A stretch of DNA of 63,719 bases, filler included, from Octopus bimaculoides (taxonomy: Eukaryota): NCBI RefSeq assembly GCF_001194135.2. It is 7 parts of 7 records of this genome, joined end to end, with 100 filler letters (N's around TTAATTAATTAA, not from the genome) between each part and the next. Parts side by side here need not be neighbours in the genome. Positions count along the whole stretch, not along the records: positions 31,469 to 54,694 come from NC_068981.1; 6 more parts are not named here. One strand, written 5' to 3'. The notes beneath the pieces were generated by a model. It was not told the DNA's origin. It saw nothing but the letters and a program-made list of their open reading frames with translations, and did no database searches. A program made the position numbers and the translations under genes. Every line of letters begins with the position of its first letter. The first letter of the stretch is position 1. Shown piece after piece: positions 40,673 to 53,036 of the stretch.

Positions 40673-41969
40673 GTTTATTCTTTTCAACCATCACTATCAT
40701 CAGTACCACCACCATCGCCATCACAACTGCTGTACACACACCATTCAGACTCCTGACGTCACCACCATCAACATCTTTGACTTCGCTGGATTCTCCTCTA
40801 CCACCACCACCACCGTCTTTCACATTGCTAACAATCACCGTCATCCCTGATCTCGGCCACCACCACCATCATCACTACCACCGCCGCCTCTATCACAACT
40901 ACAGCTCATACTATTACTATAACCACATTACCATCACAACCGTCAATGTAATAGCGCCCTCGCTGTCTCTATGCCTACTATTACTCTCACCCCAGCCGGA
41001 GGAATAGTAGAAGTGTCATTGAATAGTGAGAGTCAAAGTGTAACACATTGACACACAGAAGTTCGTTTGGCATTTGTTATTATAGATTATGTGTGTGTGC
41101 GCGTGCATGTGTGCGTTTGTGTGTGTGCATGTGTGAGTTTGTGTCTGTGAGTGCGTGCGTTGGTGTGTTCCTCTCTACAGCAAGGGAGAGAATCATTTTG
41201 CCATGAAACTATATTGACACACACACACACACACACACACACGCACTCTCAATGAATATATATATTATCCAAGTAAGAAGACAAAGAAAGTATTTGTTAC
41301 ATCTTAAGTGACCAGTTACCATTGTTTCTGTACGAAATCTGTTTTTTAATGCTTGGCAGAGGCACAANNNNNNNNNNNNNNNNNNNNNNNNNNNNNNNNN
41401 NNNNNNNNNNNNNNNNNNNNNNNNNNNNNNNNNNNNNNNNNNNNNNNNNNNNNNNNNNNNNNNNNNNNNNNNNNNNNNNNNNNNNNNNNNNNNNNNNNNN
41501 NNNNNNNNNNNNNNNNNNNNNNNNNNNNNNNNNNNNNNNNNNNNNNNNNNNNNNNNNNNNNNNNNNNNNNNNNNNNNNNNNNNNNNNNNNNNNNNNNNNN
41601 NNNNNNNNNNNNNNNNNNNNNNNNNNNNNNNNNNNNNNNNNNNNNNNNNNNNNNNNNNNNNNNNNNNNNNNNNNNNNNNNNNNNNNNNNNNNNNNNNNNN
41701 NNNNNNNNNNNNNNNNNNNNNNNNNNNNNNNNNNNNNNNNNNNNNNNNNNNNNNNNNNNNNNNNNNNNNNNNNNNNNNNNNNNNNNNNNNNNNNNNNNNN
41801 NNNNNNNNNNNNNNNNNNNNNNNNNNNNNNNNNNNNNNNNNNNNNNNNNNNNNNNNNNNNNNNNNNNNNNNNNNNNNNNNNNNNNNNNNNNNNNNNNNNN
41901 NNNNNNNNNNNNNNNNNNNNNNNNNNNNNNNNNNNNNNNNNNNNNNNNNNNNNNNNNNNNNNNNNNNNN

Positions 41970-42009
<40 letters not shown>

Positions 42010-42039
42010 GCACACACACACACACACACACACATACAC

Positions 42040-42072
<33 letters not shown>

Positions 42073-42689
42073 CATACACACGCAATCACACACACTCACA
42101 CACACAGTGCGCGTGTGCATTAGCATGTATGTGTATGCATATAATACATTCATCTAAGTATAGATTTCGTTTCGGCCAATGTCGGCGAAGATACAATAAA
42201 AGGCTGCGGGAAAATAAGGTAAGAAATGGGAAGGTATGCTTGAGACTAAGATATTGACAGCTGGCTCCAGACATTCGCTGGCGACACATTGGCTACCTAA
42301 ACAGACGTTAACTTAAGCCTTATCTGTTTTCAACTCTATCAGCCTCTCTGTCTCTGACTTTGTGTTCTTGCTAAGAGCCACCACTTTCACCAACCTGAAT
42401 ATAATTATTCGGCAGAAAATACTTACGACCGACAAAGGTAGTTGCCGTATGAGTATACTTAAGTGAAATATGCACGTGCCTGCGCGTCGTGCATACACAA
42501 GTATACAAGACCCACAATAACACACGCACGTGTGCGATATGTATGTGCGTGTATGTATATTCATAAATATTCTTATGTTTATATATGTGTATGTGTTGAG
42601 TGTGTGTGTGTGTGTGTGTGCATGTGTGTGTATATGTGTCTGTATGTTTAAATATATATATATATATGTATATGTATATAGACATACAT

Positions 42690-42743
<54 letters not shown>

Positions 42744-43335
42744 GTATATATACATACATATGTATATGTATATATATATATATATATANNNNNNNNNNNN
42801 NNNNNNNNNNNNNNNNNNNNNNNNNNNNNNNNNNNNNNNNNNNNNNNNNNNNNNNNNNNNNNNNNNNNNNNNNNNNNNNNNNNNNNNNNNNNNNNNNNNN
42901 NNNNNNNNNNNNNNNNNNNNNNNNNNNNNNNNNNNNNNNNNNNNNNNNNNNNNNNNNNNNNNNNNNNNNNNNNNNNNNNNNNNNNNNNNNNNNNNNNNNN
43001 NNNNNNNNNNNNNNNNNNNNNNNNNNNNNNNNNNNNNNNNNNNNNNNNNNNNNNNNNNNNNNNNNNNNNNNNNNNNNNNNNNNNNNNNNNNNNNNNNNNN
43101 NNNNNNNNNNNNNNNNNNNNNNNNNNNNNNNNNNNNNNNNNNTATGAATATATATATATATGAATATATATATATATGGCTTGTCAACTTAATGCGGCAC
43201 TCCCAGGAAAGGGAAGAATGTTGTTGTTATTTAGCCCCAAGATGCAGTTTCTAGTTGGCTACGCAACACAAGGGTTTCGTGTCCTTAAGTTTTCAAACAA
43301 GGGAGATAAAACACCTCCACCCAGCAAAGCCAGCA

Positions 43336-43378
43336 TCCAGAGACTAGTAACAGGGTTATTGCACTTCATCAGTCTGGA
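43336..43378 (-). ncRNA. Degenerate minimal type I hammerhead ribozyme motif
   Basis: Minus strand TCCAGA-CTGATGA-AGTGCAATAACCCT-GTTAC-TAGTC-TCTGGA: 6-bp helix I and palindromic ACTAGT helix III, with GAAA mutated to GTTA. Confidence 0.6.
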
Positions 43379-43599
43379 GTAGCTTGGCCATGCTAGATGT
43401 CGCTGCTAATCTGCTGTTGAAATTTCAGAATTTCAAGTGAAACATATTCACTGATCTTAGCTATTTATATATCTGTTTATCAGTTTATCTTTTTTATATC
43501 TATCCATCTATGTATCGATCTATATATCTATTAACCTCCAAATCCAGCACACACAAACACTCACACACAGGCACACACACACAAACACACTGGCTATTT

Positions 43600-43775
43600 C
43601 TTCCTCTTTAGACTTTTCCTTTCTCCATTCCGACGAAGAGGTATACTCGAAACGTTAAACTCTCTCCATTTTCCGAGTTTCATGTTAATACATTTCTTGT
43701 GCACGTCCTCAGGTTCGTTTGCTTTTCTTTCTTTTTTTCGTTTTTTATTCGTTTATTTGAATTGTCTAGACACGN
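43600..43775 (+). mobile_element. Penelope-like pLTR fragment with a hammerhead-variant motif
   Basis: CCGACGA-A-GAG-GTATA-CTC-GAAACGTT at 43630-43656; downstream gcacgtcctca..gtt segment shared with 45700-45830. Confidence 0.6.
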
Positions 43776-43804
43776 NNNNNNNNNNNNNNNNNNNNNNNNN
43801 NNNN

Positions 43805-43842
<38 letters not shown>

Positions 43843-44529
43843 TCATATATATATATGTAATTTTTTGGACTCATGGCTATATGTCGATTAGTGTGCTGAG
43901 TAAAGAATGTTCACAGTTTTGGCTAACTGGTGCCATCCATGACTGGAGTATATTTCCTGTGGATCTACGTCAGGAATTCCGCAGTGTTAGTTGAGATAAT
44001 AATAACTGGTGAAGGAAACGGAAGGTTTAGCACTAGTCTTTATTCAGTACGACGATCATTTCGACCCATCCTGAAACTGTCCGTTATGGGTAGGATATTG
44101 TGCACCTAATTGTGTTGCATCAATCTGTGTAACATTAGGTGCATGCATAAAGAAGGGGATGTCCTACTAGATATACTGAGTTGTCCTAGGCATGTTGTTC
44201 ATGCTCGCTGTATTTTGGTTATGACCGGCTACAGTTTTCCGCGGGCATCTATTATAATATCTATTATAATAATGAGCATGGTTGTAAGTTTGTCCAAAAT
44301 CACGCAATAAGGGAGTAGCAGAGTAAGTAAGAGTAAAAAAAGAGAAAAGACAAAATGGTAATAACAATGAGAGAGAGAGAGAGTTGTATCAAACAGCGCC
44401 TCTCGCTCTCTTTCTGAACGCCGCCTGTCTCTCTGTTTCTCTCTCACACACACACTCTATCTATCTATCTATCTACAGATGCACACACGCACACACTCTC
44501 CCTCTCTCACTTTTTGACTCACTCTCTCT

Positions 44530-44800
44530 ACGGACTCGCTCACCCTACAGTAGGAGAAACTAATTTTAATTCCGACCTACCTTGGTCAACGTGTGACCAA
44601 ACTTTCGATCAAAAATGTCCCTCCAGAAGTAGAGTCACAATGGCTGTTGTCCGTCATTTGCTACAACATGGAGAAGAGCATAGACATCCTAGAGATTGCT
44701 GCCTTGGAGCAACAGAATTGAACCGAAAAAATGATTCAGTTGCTGATGCAAATAAATCAGAACCAAATCAAAAAGACAGTTCAGAGAGATAGTTAAAAAA
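44530..44800 (+). pseudogene. Degenerate retroelement ORF1-like fragment
   Basis: YLGQRVTKLSIKNVPPEVESQWLLSVICYNMEKSIDILEIAALEQQN*TEKMIQLLMQ. It resembles (from memory, not verified by search) the YLG.R...VPPE...WL region of cephalopod L1/Tx1-type ORF1 proteins. Confidence 0.45.
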
Positions 44801-44911
44801 ATGTCTTTGAAGTAAACAGGAGAAGAGAAAGCAGTTCAGGAAAAACAAAACAAAAAGACACGACGAACACACTCTTCCGGCCACAGGTACTCCTGGCCTA
44901 AACTGGAACTT

Positions 44912-45590
44912 GGTACCAACAGCAAAACTAGTTACTCCGAAGCAGGAACTACAGCAAACCAGGTACTCCAGGGCAGGAATTTTAGCAAACCAGGTACAGA
45001 AACAGTATTTTGGTGGCGAGATACGCCCACCAAAACAAACCAAAAATATTTTAACTGACTAAAGAGTGAGTACAACTAGACTCACCACAAGCAGAAAAAA
45101 TGTCTAGAATTCAGCAGGGATTTATTAAAAATAATACAACAAATCCCCACCGAACCCAAAAACAAAATGTCCTACCCGTAGCGAGTCTCATTTTCCCCCT
45201 CTTAGTCACGCAGTTCAAAGCGACTTTATAACTGGTAGCAACATCAAAACCAGGTACTCCGAAGCAGGAACTACAGCAAACCAGGACTCCAAGGCAAGAA
45301 TTACAGGAATAATATTTTGGTTACGAGATACGCCCACCAAAATACACAAACTTTTTGTTGGTGAGATTACGCCTACTCCAAAAATTTTAACTCACTTAAA
45401 AGTGAATACAACTAGACTCACCACAGGCAGACAAAAATGTTTAGAGTTCAGCAGGTATCTATTAAAAGTAACACAACAATAAATCCCCACCGAACTAAAA
45501 CCAAAAACAAAAAGTCTTACCTGTAGCCAGTCTCTTTTATTTCCCTTATTCACGCAGCTCAAAGAGACGTGACATTCACAATAGTAGTAG
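44912..45590. repeat. Diverged ~320-350-bp tandem duplication
   Basis: ggtaccaacagcaaaac...tactccgaagcaggaactacagcaaaccagg...caactagactcaccac...aaatccccaccgaac occurs twice (from ~44912 and ~45233). Confidence 0.9.
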
Positions 45591-45618
45591 CCGACAACTG
45601 ACGGCGCATGCGTCGAAA

Positions 45619-45657
45619 GTAAGCAAGCTACTTACCACACAGCCACTCCTGCGCCTA
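45619..45657 (-). mobile_element. SINE-A head only, ending at the hotspot
   Basis: Minus strand: ataggcgcaggagtggctgtgtggtaagtagcttgcttac, then unrelated sequence. Confidence 0.85.
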
Positions 45658-45699
45658 TATATATATATATCGGTGGCGATTTTTTTCTTCCTCCGTTTT

Positions 45700-45835
45700 T
45701 CCCTTCTTTGGACTTTCTTTGTTTCCGACGAAGAGCTCCGCTCGAAACGTCAAAATCTCTTTCTATCCTTTCCCGAGCGTCTAGTAACACAATCTGTATC
45801 ACGTCCTCACGTTGTTGTTTTTTTGTCTTTTTCCT
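45700..45835 (+). mobile_element. Penelope-like pLTR fragment with a hammerhead-variant motif
   Basis: TTT-CCGACGA-A-GAGC-TCC-GCTC-GAAAC-GTC-AAA at 45722-45754. Confidence 0.65.
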
Positions 45836-45964
45836 TTTTTGAACTTATATATATATATATATATATATATGAGAGGGAGAGAGATACAGAGAGAGAAGAG
45901 GAAGAGAGAAAGAGAAAGATAGCGAGAGAAGGGAAAAACGAGAAGTCGTGGGACACGACAAGTG

Positions 45965-46115
45965 TACGCAGTTTCTGTCTAATACCATCGGTTCATAGGT
46001 AATTGGCTAAACCAAGGCTATTGTTGAAGATAGTTACCCAAGGTGTCACGCATTCGGCTTCGAGCACAGAACCACGTGCTTACGGGACAAGTTTCTTAAC
46101 CACATACCACTAATA
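45965..46115 (-). mobile_element. SINE family A, old degenerate copy
   Basis: ccaaggctattgttgaagatagttacccaaggtgtcacgc...agaaccacgtg. Confidence 0.6.
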
Positions 46116-46799
46116 GCTCTGAAGATCCATGTCACTTGTATAATCTCTTCTTCAGGTTTATATTCGAATTCAGGTTTGTATTCGATCACGTTGACTGATA
46201 AAAAAATATATTTTCGTCATTCGAAACGATAGTATTTGACTAATTTACAATTAGTCAAACTTTCTGTTCTACGGTAAGTTTTGTCCATCGCAAATCCTCA
46301 CTATTTATCCTAAAGCCTTCATTTTTGTTTCGTTGCATTACTATACGAAACGTTTGCACGTATATATGTGTAACTATCAACATGTTAATTATCCATCGTT
46401 GTTGACAAGTCATCAAGGGAATCTCTGCGTGATTCATCCAGTATATAGGAATTAACAGTCAAACCGCCTTGATCACACGTTACTGACTTTAAAAGAACGA
46501 CATATTGGATAATTGAGTCCTAGAAACAATACACCCGAGAAAAAAAATAGTGAGTGTGTGTGTGTGTATGTGTGTGTGGTGGAGGCGGTCAATATAATCA
46601 AACAATAACTAACCTTTATATATTTTTTTCTTTGATCATAGGCCTGCGGGATTTTTCTTTCAGAGCTGGACTGGGCAACGACAGCAGCAGCAATAATAGT
46701 TGTAGCAACTACCATAACAGCATTCATTGTTGACAGATAGGCTCTGCGAACTTTTCAACACAATTTGGTCATGGCATATAATTGAAATGGCATAAATTA

Positions 46800-47130
46800 A
46801 TAGGCTTCGGCTTCGTTGTTGGTTGGTAGATTTCCTGCAAGAAATGGGTGACTAAAAACAGGATGACCGCCGAGGGTGTCCCGATTAGGGTGACACATCC
46901 ACTCTCAGGTTCAGCAGTTATGTCAAGTGAGTTCAGTGTTACACAGTCCAACTTTAACCAATCAGTCACACTGGTAAATATAATCAAAAGCATTGCAGCG
47001 GTGACCATTCCGTATTTTCCTATGTGCAGGCAACCCAGAATCACATAATGCATCATGTCCATTTCCAAGCCGGTGGTTTGTGATATGAGGGAGCTTATGG
47101 CTGCTATTTCTTGCAGGTCGAGTGACCACA
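46800..47130 (-). repeat. Interspersed repeat family F copy
   Basis: Minus strand cgacctgcaagaaatagcagccataagctccctcatatcac...atggtcaccgctgcaatgcttttgat matches 7035-7170 and 33825-33850. Confidence 0.55.
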
Positions 47131-47220
47131 TAGAAGCAGTTGATGATTTTCACTCTTTGACATATTTTCAATCATTGAACTGTACATCCATAACTGGGCA
47201 CTGACTTGAAGGGTATAGCT

Positions 47221-47529
47221 CAGGCCTGGCCAACTCGAAATACATTGCGGGTCATTTTAATCACAGAAAGGTTTTTGAGGGCCGCTTGTATACTTTATGC
47301 ACTAATAGTTAAATAAGCAAATTACAGAATCAGAATTTTTCGTACTTTTCGTTTGTTTAAAATTATAAAATTGTAGGCCCATTGCTTTATTGCCACTTTT
47401 CATTACAATCTTTAACTTTTGATAAAATCTTTGTTTAAATAAACCCATTTCAAGAAAGTGTCAAGCGGGCTGCAAAATAAAAGTCTGCGGGTCGCATCTG
47501 TCCCCAGGGCCTCATGTTAGCCAGCCTTG
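47221..47529. mobile_element. hAT-like MITE
   Basis: Imperfect TIRs CAGGCCTGGCCAAC / GTTAGCCAGCCTTG; internal gcggg(t/c)c motifs; flanks GTATAGCT and GTTTAGTC (5/8). Confidence 0.55.
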
Positions 47530-48317
47530 GTTTAGTCAAACAAATTACCCCAAGTACTTATTTTAAAGTTTGGTACGTATTCTATCGTCTCTTTTGCCGA
47601 ATCGCGAAGGTAAAGGGACGCAAACAACCCGCATGAGAAGTGAGTGGCGACAAACACACACGCACACGCACGCATGCACACACACACACACACACTCTCT
47701 CTCTCTCTCTCTCTCACACACACATACACACACACACACACGCACACTTGCACTCACGCACACACGCACATACATGTATGATAGAACATGGAATAAACGA
47801 CGTTGCAAATCACTATAGTTGTTTCGGCCCATTTTACATTCGTAGTACATTAATGAGACGTTATGTAATCATTACCATCCATGCAAGTTGCAAAATCCGT
47901 CTCCTCGGCTGATTATTTAAATAAGTCATTCGTAAGAACCTACTGTCATTTCAAACTGTGTGAGAATGCTCACCTAAAACAACGTGTTATTTTCTGCAGT
48001 TTACTGGCAAAACTCAACCTATCGATATAGTGATAGACAAATACAATTATAATCAAAACACAAAATTCAGAAGCAAAGAAACAGGCCTGTGTTATCCAGT
48101 TCAACTCTAACCAATCAGCCTGGCTATAAATAATGTGGTATAACAAGTTTATAGAAACAGGTTGACAATAAATTACAACTCTGTCTTCTTAGTCAGATTC
48201 TAAGGAAGAAAATGTAAAACAGAATGAAGGATAAAATGAAGCGTATAGAGACAATAAAACGATAAAGTGATGAAGATTGATCATTTCTGTATTTACTTTT
48301 CCTCTCTTATCTTTCAC

Positions 48318-48655
48318 ACTTGCCCAAGGTGCCACGCCATGGGACTGAACCCGGAACCACGTGGATGGGAAGCAAGCTTCTTTTTTCTTTACTGCCCACA
48401 AGGGGCTACACACAGAGGGGACAAACAAGGACAAACAAACGGATTAAGTCGATTATATCGAATCCAGTAAGTAACTGGTACTTATTTAATTGACTCCGAA
48501 AGGATGAAAGGCAAAGTCGACTTCGGCGGAATTTGAACTCAGAACGTAGCGGCAGACGAAATACTGCTAAGCATTTCGCCCGGCGTGCTAACGCTTCTGC
48601 CAGCTCGCCGCCTTCTTCAGCAAGCTTCTTACCACACAGCCACTCCTGCACCTAT
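48318..48655 (-). mobile_element. SINE-C (LINE-tail subfamily) nested in a SINE-A head with a 10-bp TSD
   Basis: AGCAAGCTTC at 48371-48380 and 48619-48628 flanks the SINE-C copy (48381-48618); SINE-A halves lie outside. Confidence 0.93.
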
Positions 48656-49449
48656 AACACTAATCACCTGTTGCCTTATTTCTTTGAAGGATCTCTACAG
48701 TTTTAGTAAATGAACGTTGATCAGGAGTTAGCCTGGCTATAAATGATGTGGTATAACAAGTTTGTAGCAAATGTATGGAATGTATGGCGATATTTTTATT
48801 AAACACTTGTTCTATCTTCTATTTTTAACGTACTGTAATTTTTGACATCACGGATATACCAGTATTAGTTTAAAAGGCAAACTATGAAGATAGTTTGACA
48901 GGTGGGCCAACCGTTGGAGTGTATTGGGTTAGATTCTTTTAACACTTTACACTGCTACACAACAATATTTGTGGAAATAAAGTTTTCAATCGATAAAGGA
49001 AACCTTTGATGTCAAAATTGATTTTTGGCACGAATCATTATCTTTGCGGCCTTTGCAGTATTGTAATCACATGTCCCTTCATGGCAAAAGAAAATATAAT
49101 GAATGAATAAATAAACAGTGACCAAAAATTGAAAAGAAAGAGACTTGTGAAAATTCGGGTAGAAAGGGGGACTAAGAGAGAGGGAGAGAGAGAGAGAGAG
49201 AGAGTGAGAAACAGAAAGAGAAAACCAGAAAGATAAGGACAGTGAAAGACAGGAAAAGAAAGACGGATAGAAAGGGCGAAGAGAGAGAAAGACAGAGAGA
49301 AAGAGTGAGAAAGACAGAAAAGGTGGAATGATGCAAAAGTGTTTCAGGTTCAGTTGAAAAGTGTATTTGACATATATAACTAATCAAATTCCAATCATAG
49401 TTATTTTCTTGATTGGCAAATATCTCACGGCGTTCAAGTGGAGCCAGTA

Positions 49450-49501
49450 ACAGTAGCAGCAGCAGTAACAGCAGTAGTAGCAGCAGCAGCAGCAGCAGCA
49501 A

Positions 49502-49553
<52 letters not shown>

Positions 49554-49635
49554 GGTGGTGGTGGTGGTGGTGGTGGTGTTGGTAGTAGTAGTAGTGGTGG
49601 TGGTGGTGGTGGTAGTAGTAGTAGTAACAGCAGCA
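49450..49635. repeat. (GCA)n/(GTA)n/(GTG)n microsatellite
   Basis: Direct reading. Confidence 0.95.
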
Positions 49636-49798
49636 GCTAACGCGTGAGATCTTAAAACACAAACACGGATGAATTTCTGGACGTCAATTTTTCTTCCTGA
49701 AAACCCCAACCACAACGTCACCTCACCTGTCTTCCCCCTTCCTTATACACACGATGCCACACCTCACAGTTTGCTCCCCACCCACCACTTCTCACTTC

Positions 49799-49861
<63 letters not shown>

Positions 49862-51384
49862 TACATACAAACGCACACACTACAGAGAAGGATTTATAAA
49901 TTGCGTAAAGAACATTACATTGAGAATATAGAAGCGTTATTAGTCGGTTTGGTGAAGGGGGTCGTGGGTGGAGTGGCAGGAGTGGGGGAACGGCTTGGTG
50001 CGAGTTAGAGCGGGAGTTCGTTTCTTGACGTTGGTCTCGTAAAAAGTTCTGAGAACGTTCGTTCTTTACATGTCAATCTGTTTCAGTGTCAAAGGCGTGA
50101 AGAAGTTTCGCCTAATACTAAAACAACCTGCTTACCAACCTTTTCGCTTGTCAGCTTCAGTGAATGTCAAATGAGCTTCAAAACACACACGTACAATCAA
50201 ACCCCGAACCACCACTCCTCGGTTCGCCACTAACACACTAACGTGTATACACAAATACTCACTCGCTCACGTACTTATATATATAATGGCTTGCACAAGC
50301 AGATATACGAAACTGCAGACTTGCGCATGAATACAGACACACACGTACACATGTGAATGCTGATGTAGAATAGCTTGCGCAAGGAAATATAGAAAACTGC
50401 TGATATTCGTATACTAACTAGCAAGCGATCACATACATACACGTTTAGGTATACATGTAGATACACACTCGACATAAAATAGCGTACACAAGCATGCATA
50501 CGAAAGCAAGATACACGCACACACATTCAAACATATGCATATTTAAATACAATGGATGTTTCAAAAATCTTAGATATTGGACTACGTATTCATACGCTCA
50601 CAATAGCTTGTATAAAATAGCTTGCACAAGAATAGATATGAATTTACACCCGGGCACCCTCAAAAACACATGCATACACATGCATTCACAAAAAAAAAAA
50701 GAAATACTTATGCATGCCCACACAAATATTGAAAAACTTCTTCATATGAACAACTGCATATACATGTATGTATATGCATATATGTATAAATATNNNNNNN
50801 NNNNNNNNNNNNNNNNNNNNNNNNNNNNNNNNNNNNNNNNNNNNNNNNNNNNNNNNNNNNNNNNNNNNNNNNNNNNNNNNNNNNNNNNNNNNNNNNNNNN
50901 NNNNNNNNNNNNNNNNNNNNNNNNNNNNNNNNNNNNNNNNNNNNNNNNNNNNNNNNNNNNNNNNNNNNNNNNNNNNNNNNNNNNNNNNNNNNNNNNNNNN
51001 NNNNNNNNNNNNNNNNNNNNNNNNNNNNNNNNNNNNNNNNNNNNNNNNNNNNNNNNNNNNNNNNNNNNNNNNNNNNNNNNNNNNNNNNNNNNNNNNNNNN
51101 NNNNNNNNNNNNNNNNNNNNNNNNNNNNNNNNNNNNNNNNNNNNNNNNNNNNNNCACACACATACATGTATACACGAAACGGTATGACTTCTGGTACTTG
51201 ACTGAAAAAAGAAGGCCACGAATGACCCGTCTGTTTTTGCCTGTCCTTCTAATTGTTGATTCTCTTGTCTGCCTTTGTATCGTCTGTTTGTTCGAATGAA
51301 ATTATTGTCCTCTATTGCGTTATTGTTCCATTTATATATATATGTCAAACGATGGTGAGAGGGGAGGACAAACACAAACATATA

Positions 51385-51550
51385 TATATATACGAGGAGC
51401 TTCTTTCAGTTTCCGTTTACCAAATCCACTTACATGGATTTGATTGGGCCCGAGGCTATAGTAGAAGACACTTGCCCAAGGTGCCACACAGTGGGACTGA
51501 ACCCGAAACCATGTGGTTGGTAAGCAAGCTACTTACCACGCTGCCACTCC
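51385..51550 (-). mobile_element. SINE family A, 5' half, uninterrupted
   Basis: Reverse complement of the head to gaaagaagc. Confidence 0.88.
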
Positions 51551-52322
51551 ATTGTAAATAAAACTTTAGCTAAACTATGTATTCTTCAAACACACATGAG
51601 AAAGAAAATTTTGTCGCTGAGAAAAAAATCATTGAAAAAGTAATTTCGTGAACGAAATTCTTGATGGGAGAGTGTTAAAAAATACAAGCGGTTAATGCAA
51701 CAAATATTAAGAAATAAGATACACGTAGGAAATTCACATATTTGCATGCGTGATTACATACAAGCCAATGAATGGAAGTCTACATAAGTGCATGACATGC
51801 AAGGAATAGGTGCCAAATCTTCATGAAATGCTGCCATATTGTCTTAAATAACGAAATGACACGGAAGAGTCTCTGATATGCAACTATGCAAAATTTTGGC
51901 TTATATGCTAGGCTGAAGCGCCGAGTCGAGTTTTTATGATAGGTCAGAATACAACGAAGGAATATCTATCTCTAAGAGATCTTGTAGGTATTTCCTTTAC
52001 AGTGAACAGTATCCAATCGTCTTTAATTTGACATCAAGTTAAAGTATGTGGGAAGATATCACACATCACTAAAAATACTGATTAAAAGAAAGTTAGGTGA
52101 GACATTGCAATTCCCAAGCAATCCTCAGGGCGTAAAATATATGCTACCAACGAAAAACAGAATAGTTATATTGCAGTAACACTCCTTTACGCTGGTTGTC
52201 ATTGCTTCGACATGTCTCCACCTTATAGAGTTGACGAAATGCCTTCTCACTTGACTTTTTCTCTGAGACTACATTTCTACCATTTCGTATCGAAAGTAGT
52301 CAACATCTATGAGTTTTCATAT

Positions 52323-52525
52323 AGTGGTTCATTGGTGGTTAAGATCTTAGATTCATGATCGTAAGATTGTGGTTTCAATTCCTTAACCGGGCAACGGGTA
52401 GCTTGAATTTGGTCAGCGGGCCAAAATGAGTAATCCTGCAACGGACCGTCCAGGTGGGGATTATATACATCATGGAAACCGGGAAACCGGACCTATAAGT
52501 TTACATGACTCGGGAAAGTAATCTA
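52323..52525 (+). mobile_element. tRNA-derived SINE family G (degenerate)
   Basis: gtggttcattggtggttaag (A-box-like)...ggtttcaattcc (B-box-like)...gtccaggtgggg...catggaaaccgggaaaccgg. Confidence 0.55.
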
Positions 52526-52991
52526 ATCCATTTTAATGACCGTCTCCCTGCACATTACTTTGTAGATGTTTTGTTTTGTTTTGTTTTGTTTAGCGCAAAG
52601 CAAACACTGATCAAATAGATCTTCTTTCTAGTGATTTTAGTTTCAGACACTTTATCCAAGACTACATTATCAATTGCGTCTTTCCTTTTTAAAATTAATA
52701 AAGCTTGCTTTAATGGACATTGGGTAGCTATTATTAGCACATGAAGAAACCATGTAATAGGTATTTCGATAGTAGTGATTTTTGTTGTTGTTTAGATCCA
52801 AATCAAGGCCTAACACAGCAGAATCATGATCAAATGCATGTTCTGAATACGCGCGCATATTCAATCATCCTACATTTTCCAAGACAAAATGATAACACAT
52901 GTATTCGATTCATTTGGTTTTTTGGGGCCTTTGTCAATAGACGTGGTTATGCTGGAACATCTAAAATATAGTACTGAAACATTACTTATGT

Positions 52992-53036
<45 letters not shown>

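Noticed and set aside
46769-47131. 120-aa hydrophobic ORF that looks like a membrane-protein exon
   Set aside because: Its DNA matches interspersed repeat family F (agaaatagcagcc...; atggtcac.gctg.aatgc.tttgat), found elsewhere in the window.
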